From the NCBI GenBank assembly GCA_903850915.1, contig CAINMV010000024.1, positions 87,577 through 151,576 of the forward strand: a stretch of 64,000 nucleotides of DNA. The letters run 5' to 3'. Source of the DNA: an uncultured Bacteroidota bacterium. Lineage in GTDB: Bacteria > Bacteroidota > Bacteroidia > UKL13-3. Shown here piece after piece: positions 58,032-64,000 of this stretch (positions within the stretch are counted from its first letter, which is position 1; the number at the start of each line of letters is the position of its first letter). The notes under the pieces were generated by a model, which saw nothing but the letters and a program-made list of their open reading frames with translations, was not told where the DNA came from and did not search any database. Position numbers and translations under genes: made by a program.

Positions 58032-59846
58032 CTACGCCATCGATTCTACGCTTTTCTCTTGACGCTTGCGTTCATGCTCATCGAGGATGGCTTTACGCAA
58101 ACGAATAATTTTTGGTGTAACCTCAAGTGTCTCGTCAGCTTGTATGTATTCCATGGCTTGCTCCAAGCTCATTTCAAGTTTAGGCGCAATTTTAGCACTA
58201 TCATCTTTTCCGCTAGCACGCATATTTGTTAATTGTTTGCCCTTAACAATATTCACACCTAAATCGCCTGGACGAATTTGCTCGCCCATTATTTGTCCAA
58301 CATATACTTCTTCTCCTGGATCAACGAAAAACGTTCCGCGATCTTGTAATTTATCAATCGAATAGGCCGTTGTAACGCCTGTTTCAGTACTAAACATAAC
58401 ACCATTCATTCGTCCTGGGATAACACCTTTCCAAGGCTTGTATTCGGTAAATCGATGTGCCATTACTGCTTCTCCATTTGTCGCTGTCAGCATCTGGTTT
58501 CTAATACCCATCAATCCACGCGAAGGAATAGTAAACTCCACATGCTGCACCTCGCCTTTGGCTTCCATCACTAAAAGCTCCCCTTTTCTGCGGGAAACGA
58601 TATCGATAACAGCACTTGAAAACTCTTGTGGAACATCAACTACCAATTGTTCGTAAGGCTCACACTTTTCGCCATTTATCTCTTTTACTAGAACCTGCGG
58701 TTGACCCACTTGCAATTCATATCCTTCACGACGCATGGTTTCAATTAAGATACTCAAGTGAAGAATACCCCTACCGAATACCAACAAACGATCAGGACTA
58801 TCTGTTTCTTGCACACGAAGAGCCAAGTTCTTTTCTAGCTCTTTAAAAATACGATCGCGTAAATGCCTACTTGTCACAAATTTACCATCTCGTCCATAAA
58901 AAGGAGAATTATTAATGGTAAACAACATGTTCATCGTAGGTTCATCGACGTGAATAGGTGCCAATCCATGCGGATCATCGAAATCTGCAATGGTATCACT
59001 AATTTGGAAGTCGTCAATCCCAACTACAGCACAAATATCACCAGCTACCGCTTCTTCCACTTTTAACTTACCTAATCCTTCAAAAACGTATAATTCTTTA
59101 ACACGGCTTTTAACCAACTTACCATCATTCTTAACCAATGTTACTGGTTGATTTTGTTTGATAACGCCACGGTGTATTCTTCCTATGGCGATACGGCCTA
59201 AAAAGCTAGAATAATCCAATGATGTTATTTGCATTTGCAAGTTACCCGGCTCAGTAACAGGATGTGGAACATGCTCTAGAATACCATCCAATAATGCCGT
59301 AATGTCGGTGGTTGGATTTTGCCAATCCGGACCAAACCAACCTAACTTAGAGGAGCCGTAAAATGTTGCAAAGTCTAATTGAAAATCGTCTGCCTCCAAT
59401 TGAAAGAACAAATCGAATACTGATTCATGCACTTCATCAGGACGACAATTGGGTTTATCAACTTTATTAATAACAACAATAGGTTTTAAACCTAATTGAA
59501 GCGCTTTTTTAAGTACAAAACGAGTCTGAGGCATTGGCCCTTCAAAGGCATCGACCAAAAGCAATACACCATCGGCCATCTTCAACACACGTTCTACCTC
59601 GCCGCCAAAGTCGGCGTGACCAGGTGTGTCGACAATATTGATTTTAATGCCCTTATATTGCACACTCACATTTTTAGCCAAGATGGTAATACCACGCTCC
59701 CGTTCAAGGTCATTATTATCCAATATCAACTCCCCTTTCACTTCATTCTCTCGAAACAAATTACAATGATGTAATATTTTATCTACTAATGTGGTCTTGC
59801 CGTGGTCGACGTGTGCTATGATAGCAATATTGCGAATGTTTTGCAT
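58032..59846 (-). CDS. typA: Translational GTPase TypA/BipA
   Basis: 604 aa. Contains IRNIAIIAHVDHGKTTLVD, DTPGHADFGGEV and NKVD. Confidence 0.95.
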   Translation of the reverse strand: MQNIRNIAIIAHVDHGKTTLVDKILHHCNLFRENEVKGELILDNNDLERERGITILAKNVSVQYKGIKINIVDTPGHADFGGEVERVLKMADGVLLLVDAFEGPMPQTRFVLKKALQLGLKPIVVINKVDKPNCRPDEVHESVFDLFFQLEADDFQLDFATFYGSSKLGWFGPDWQNPTTDITALLDGILEHVPHPVTEPGNLQMQITSLDYSSFLGRIAIGRIHRGVIKQNQPVTLVKNDGKLVKSRVKELYVFEGLGKLKVEEAVAGDICAVVGIDDFQISDTIADFDDPHGLAPIHVDEPTMNMLFTINNSPFYGRDGKFVTSRHLRDRIFKELEKNLALRVQETDSPDRLLVFGRGILHLSILIETMRREGYELQVGQPQVLVKEINGEKCEPYEQLVVDVPQEFSSAVIDIVSRRKGELLVMEAKGEVQHVEFTIPSRGLMGIRNQMLTATNGEAVMAHRFTEYKPWKGVIPGRMNGVMFSTETGVTTAYSIDKLQDRGTFFVDPGEEVYVGQIMGEQIRPGDLGVNIVKGKQLTNMRASGKDDSAKIAPKLEMSLEQAMEYIQADETLEVTPKIIRLRKAILDEHERKRQEKSVESMA

Positions 59847-59872
59847 ACTTTACTGTACTTTAAAAAAGTTTG

Positions 59873-59880
59873 CAAAGGTA
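59873..59880 (-). promoter_or_regulatory. Candidate -7 box (TACCTTTG) for typA
   Basis: Exact TAnnTTTG on the minus strand, 26 nt upstream of the ATG at 59846. Confidence 0.45.
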
Positions 59881-59954
59881 CGCATTAGTTACGACATAGA
59901 TGTAAACCCTTAATATATTAGAAAATAACCTTATCTTGAACTATAAGAAAAGAA

Positions 59955-60284
59955 CTATTCAAATACAAAATAAAGCCCCAACGTCGTAATCAGAATTGCA
60001 GCACTTGTAACGCCATAGAGAAAAAAATTACACAACTCTGGAACAGGATTAATCATAGTGACTAAGCAACTTAAAAAACCCAGAACAGAACCCAAGGAAG
60101 CTAAAAAGAAGCCCTTTTTCTGCCTCTCGGCGTTTGTCAGCTTCTTAAATTCCAGGACATGAATTTGCACCGATTCGGCATCGAGGCCCATCGACATTAG
60201 CTTTGCCTCTACCGCCTGAACTGTCAACCGATGCTTATGCCATTGTTGAATTGCAGAAATGTTAACCACCGAATTAGCTGTCAT
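59955..60284 (-). CDS. Small membrane protein of unknown function
   Basis: 109 aa. A roughly 55-aa soluble helical N-terminal part is followed by two TM helices. No motif recognised. Confidence 0.4.
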   Translation of the reverse strand: MTANSVVNISAIQQWHKHRLTVQAVEAKLMSMGLDAESVQIHVLEFKKLTNAERQKKGFFLASLGSVLGFLSCLVTMINPVPELCNFFLYGVTSAAILITTLGLYFVFE

Positions 60285-60482
60285 ATATTAAATTATCATG
60301 AATTAATGAAGTCGCCTAAAATCAAATATATTTGTTTGGTTTGACATTTCAAAAAGGGGTTCAAAGAAAAAATGAAGGGGAAAGCCGCGATAATTTCCAA
60401 TCTTGCTCATTATCAATTTCAACCAAAGATTAATACCCAGCACTTTTTAAATAAACACAATGACTTGTTCCATTTTATTTAA

Positions 60483-62915
60483 ATGAAAACAATACATTTG
60501 CCTATGCGTCACTTATTGCTTTTTGGATTTATAATCCTTCAATTCCAGTTAGGCTTTGCCCAGTTTTATTGCCGTCCTATCGATGCCAATGCCACACCAA
60601 GAGAACATGTAGCCGATATTCTGCATATGAAACTCGAAGTCGCTTTTAAGCCCGAAATAAACTTAGTGCTTGGCAAGGTGACACATACCTTTAAAATTCT
60701 TCGTCCACAGGCAGACTCCATGTTTTTTGATGGACCTGGTATTACTATAAAATCAGCTCAGATGGATGGTGTTGTAATTCCATTTACAATAAGCCCTACC
60801 GGAGTTACCGTTGCTTTTTCACAAAAGCCAAGGCTTAACGAGACCCATGCTATCGTTTTTGAATATGAGGCAACACCTAAAAAAGGCATTTATTTTATTG
60901 GATGGAACCATTATGATTCGCTCGATAAAAGAAACAAAACACGTCGACAAATATGGACTCAAGGACAAGGAATCGATAATCGATATTGGATACCGATGTA
61001 CGATTATATGAATGATAAATTTACGACTGAAACGGTTATTAACTTCGATAATAAATTTAAAGTATTGAGTAATGGCATTTTAAAATCTGAAAAGGCATTA
61101 TCGAATGGGTCTAAGATCTGGAATTACGCCATGACCAAGCCACATGCTGGCTACCTTTTAATGCTTGCCATTGACGAATATGCTGTGAAATATTCAAAGA
61201 CCACCACCAACATGCCGGTTCAGTTTTGGTATTATCCTGAATGGCCCGAAAAACTAGAACCTACGAGTCGTTATGCTGAAAAAATAATTGAGTTTTTAGA
61301 ACGTGAAACAGGCGTAAAATACCCATGGGAACAATATAGTCAAGTGATGGTGCAAGACTTTATGTATGGCGCTATGGAAAATACTACAGCCACCATTTTT
61401 GGAGATTTCTTTAATGTTGACTCCAACAGCTATTTGGATAGAAACTATGTTGGTGTAGACGCACACGAACTTACCCATCAATGGTTTGGCGACCTCATCA
61501 CGGCTCGTTCCGGAGCTGATGCATGGCTTCAGGAAAGCTTTGCCACTTATTACCCAAAACAATTTTTCCGCCAACTTGAAGGAGAAGACAAATACAATTG
61601 GCTATGTAAGCAAGATATGATAACAGTGCTGAAAGCAGCGGAAACAGATAATAATCCTGTACGGTTTTCATCGACCGGCACGGCACGCGTTTACCAAAAA
61701 GGATCTTTAGTTATCGATATGCTGCGCTATGTATTGGGAGATGATGAATTCAAACGTGTGATCACCTACTATTTAAACAAACACAGTTATGGTAATGTAG
61801 AGACAAATGACTTATACCAAGCGGTTCAAGATGTTCTTGGTCAAAGCCCGGATTGGTTTTTTGAGCAATGGCTATACCATGGAGGTGAACCAAATTACAA
61901 AGTTTCCTATCAAAAAGAAAACAAAAAAATACGCGTGAAAGTAGAACAAGTTCAAGAGCTCACCCAGCTTATTGGATTGTTTAAGATGCCTATAAATATT
62001 AATGTTTACTTTAAGAATGGTGATTCTTCAATGAAAAAAGTTTGGGTGCAAAAGCAAAGCGAAGATTTTTATTTAGACAATGAAAACAACCAAGAAATCG
62101 ACTTTGTTCTCTTCGATGCAGGCAATAAAATTTTAAAGAGACTCACCTTTGAAAAGGACAATTTAGATTGGGCGAATCAAGCTCAGCGCGCTCCGAATAT
62201 GATTGACCGCTATGATGCTTTTGTAGCGTTGCGCAATACCCCTTTAGTAAATAAAAGAGAAGCACTAGTTTGGGGGTTTCAACACGAGACATTTTACGGT
62301 ATACGAAGTGAAATAATAAAACAATTGATGGAAACAGAAGAGATGTTCGACATGGTGAATGCCCATATTTTAAAGGAACATACTGAAACGGTAAAATCTT
62401 TTATAGCAAGCTATAACGAGATACCTAAAGGCTTTTTATATTATTACGAGCAATGGCTGAAGAATCCAAGCTATGACATTGTGGTGTCGGCCTTACAAAA
62501 GGTTTACGAAAGTAATCCAGAGAAAGCCAGCACTTATTTAGAACTTACCAAAGCAAAGGTTGGACAGAACAACAACATTAGAATTAAATGGCTAGAAATA
62601 GCTTGTATGGCCGAGTTTTCGAAAGAGGAGAATCTGAACTTACTCATCAGCTATGCAGCACCAGACTATGAATTTAAGACTAGAGTAGCTGCGTTTGAAG
62701 CGCTAAAGCGACTGAACATATGTACCCCACTTGTTATCGACTACGGCTATGAAACATTCAGTAGTTTTAATAGCCGTTTATCAGGACCAGTAAAGTCGGT
62801 ACTAGATTATTTTGCGCAACAAAGCAACTTTAAAAAGATGATGGTTTCGCGTTATAAGAAATGTGGCGATACAAAATTAAAAGAAGTGATAAAGAGTTCT
62901 TTTAGTTGGCTTTAA
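60483..62915 (+). CDS. M1-family zinc aminopeptidase (aminopeptidase N-like), secreted
   Basis: 810 aa. The signal peptide ends GFAQ. Contains the GAMEN exopeptidase motif (YGAMENTT), HELTHQWFG (HExxH), and the downstream WLQESFATY glutamate. Confidence 0.85.
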   Translation: MKTIHLPMRHLLLFGFIILQFQLGFAQFYCRPIDANATPREHVADILHMKLEVAFKPEINLVLGKVTHTFKILRPQADSMFFDGPGITIKSAQMDGVVIPFTISPTGVTVAFSQKPRLNETHAIVFEYEATPKKGIYFIGWNHYDSLDKRNKTRRQIWTQGQGIDNRYWIPMYDYMNDKFTTETVINFDNKFKVLSNGILKSEKALSNGSKIWNYAMTKPHAGYLLMLAIDEYAVKYSKTTTNMPVQFWYYPEWPEKLEPTSRYAEKIIEFLERETGVKYPWEQYSQVMVQDFMYGAMENTTATIFGDFFNVDSNSYLDRNYVGVDAHELTHQWFGDLITARSGADAWLQESFATYYPKQFFRQLEGEDKYNWLCKQDMITVLKAAETDNNPVRFSSTGTARVYQKGSLVIDMLRYVLGDDEFKRVITYYLNKHSYGNVETNDLYQAVQDVLGQSPDWFFEQWLYHGGEPNYKVSYQKENKKIRVKVEQVQELTQLIGLFKMPININVYFKNGDSSMKKVWVQKQSEDFYLDNENNQEIDFVLFDAGNKILKRLTFEKDNLDWANQAQRAPNMIDRYDAFVALRNTPLVNKREALVWGFQHETFYGIRSEIIKQLMETEEMFDMVNAHILKEHTETVKSFIASYNEIPKGFLYYYEQWLKNPSYDIVVSALQKVYESNPEKASTYLELTKAKVGQNNNIRIKWLEIACMAEFSKEENLNLLISYAAPDYEFKTRVAAFEALKRLNICTPLVIDYGYETFSSFNSRLSGPVKSVLDYFAQQSNFKKMMVSRYKKCGDTKLKEVIKSSFSWL

Positions 62916-62922
62916 GCACTAT

Positions 62923-63690
62923 TTATTTTTCTTTTGCAGCCTCTTTATTGTTCTTCGTGATGAACAATTCCAAAGCCATACTCATACTTGGGCATTCTGG
63001 CGTAGGGGCTAAAACGCCTACCTTCATTTTAATGTCTTTCGCTGCTTTAGCGGTAGCCTCCCCAAATGTTGCAATTACCGTTTCGACTTGTTTAAATTTC
63101 GGAAAGTTATCATGTAGTGCATTTACTGCAGCAGCGCTGAAGAAGGCGATAAGGTCGTAATCGTTAAGGTTCATCGATTTAAGGTCGGCTGATTTAGTAT
63201 AACAAACGACACCTTCTTTAAATTTTATTTTACTCTTTTTTAAGAAGCTTGGTATCTCAGGCTTTCTGAGATCACTGCATAAATATAAGTAATGTTCCTC
63301 GGGATGTGCTTTTAAAACTGAGAGTAGATCTTTTTCTGTGGATTTGCCATAAAAAACTTTACGTTTTCTAAGCTGAATGTACTTTTGAATATATAGTGCC
63401 GTACCCTCATTCACACAAAAATATTTCATCTCAGCTGGCATTTCAAGTCGCAATTCTTTAATTAGGTTGAAAAACAAATCAACCATATTCTTGGAATTAA
63501 AAATAATCGCCGTGTAAGTCAAGATACTAATTTTCTCTTGACGGAATTCCTTAGAAGTATAGGGAACTATCTCAGTAAAACTTTTAAAATCCAACTGCAA
63601 TTTAACTTTCTTTGCTAAGTCGAAATATGGAGATTTATCTGTTTCCGGCTTCGGCTGAGTAATGAGTACACGTTTAATTTTAACTGTCAC
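62923..63690 (-). CDS. hemD: Uroporphyrinogen-III synthase
   Basis: 255 aa. The Bacteroidota-type HemD N-terminus reads RVLITQPKPETDKSPYFDLAKK. A GTG start is inferred. Confidence 0.7.
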   Translation of the reverse strand: MTVKIKRVLITQPKPETDKSPYFDLAKKVKLQLDFKSFTEIVPYTSKEFRQEKISILTYTAIIFNSKNMVDLFFNLIKELRLEMPAEMKYFCVNEGTALYIQKYIQLRKRKVFYGKSTEKDLLSVLKAHPEEHYLYLCSDLRKPEIPSFLKKSKIKFKEGVVCYTKSADLKSMNLNDYDLIAFFSAAAVNALHDNFPKFKQVETVIATFGEATAKAAKDIKMKVGVLAPTPECPSMSMALELFITKNNKEAAKEK

Positions 63691-63697
63691 AATTGTA

Positions 63698-64000
63698 TTA
63701 CAAAATTTTGTTGAAGTACTTAATTAATAAAAACCAGGGTGCAATTTCAAGGGAGCAAAGATATAAAATCAAATACAAATAGTTGTATTTAAAGTATTGA
63801 GCAGTTTGCGACAGTCCGCGAAAGTATCTTAATACAATAAATCCGAAAATAATTCCGAATGACAAATTAACAATTATGCGCTGGCCGTGCCATGGAGAAT
63901 ACAGCAAAAACAAGGTAGTTAACAACATCGCGATGCCGCAAACTAAGTTCACAATCGAAAAATTTAAAATATAAATACTAATCGCTTCACTTGCTTTAAA
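63698..64000 (-). CDS. DUF4271-like polytopic membrane protein, C-terminal part (the ORF stays open to the window edge)
   Basis: The track ORF starts at a GTG at 63952. The same frame has no stop up to position 64000 (..FKASEAISIYILNFSIVNLV..), so the gene is truncated by the window. It is hydrophobic and lies directly upstream of hemD. The family assignment is tentative. Confidence 0.5.
   Translation of the reverse strand, partial: FKASEAISIYILNFSIVNLVCGIAMLLTTLFLLYSPWHGQRIIVNLSFGIIFGFIVLRYFRGLSQTAQYFKYNYLYLILYLCSLEIAPWFLLIKYFNKIL

Noticed and set aside
1-64000. Searched by eye for CRISPR arrays, IS/transposase or integrase genes, tRNA/rRNA genes, long direct or inverted repeats, and defence or toxin-antitoxin modules.
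   Set aside because: None seen. Every gap over 150 bp is AT-rich promoter/terminator sequence without repeat-spacer periodicity or tRNA-like arms. All long ORFs have ordinary housekeeping or envelope identities.

Overview
AT-rich, very gene-dense window with about 51 CDS on both strands and mostly short intergenic gaps. It reads as ordinary core chromosome of a member of the phylum Bacteroidota. The taxonomic call rests on four things: type IX secretion (T9SS) parts (PorX regulator, a PorE-like OmpA lipoprotein, a cargo protein with a T9SS C-terminal sorting domain), a 287-aa RpoD, repeated TAnnTTTG -7 promoter boxes directly upstream of genes, and signal peptides ending in AQ. Most genes are housekeeping: purL, rpoD, icd, gcvT, glmS, smpB, typA, miaB, hemD, lnt, nnr, tex, and aminotransferases. 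They are mixed with scattered envelope and glycan genes: wecE-like and DegT aminotransferases, ugd, an rfaE-like kinase, two GT-C fold glycosyltransferases, an MsbA-like ABC exporter, and a lytic transglycosylase. I found no rRNA, tRNA, CRISPR array, transposase, integrase, phage gene or recognisable defence or toxin module. I also found no large DNA repeats and no evidence of pseudogenisation. I cannot point to a convincing new multi-gene system. The best leads are all modest. (1) A bactofilin-AtpZ pair with overlapping reading frames is followed by an unknown secreted protein rather than atp genes, and sits divergent to a tiny poly-Asp-tailed protein (22.5-24.7 kb). (2) A receiver-less sigma-54 activator with a GSFTGA loop lies next to an unassigned methyltransferase and miaB. 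(3) A 1069-aa DUF2723 GT-C glycosyltransferase. (4) A PorE-like lipoprotein with an extra Cys-rich and Pro-rich tail. (5) Several promoters have their -7 box only 4-10 nt from the start codon, which implies leaderless mRNAs. All functional calls are from my reading of the translated ORFs and motifs. No database search was run.
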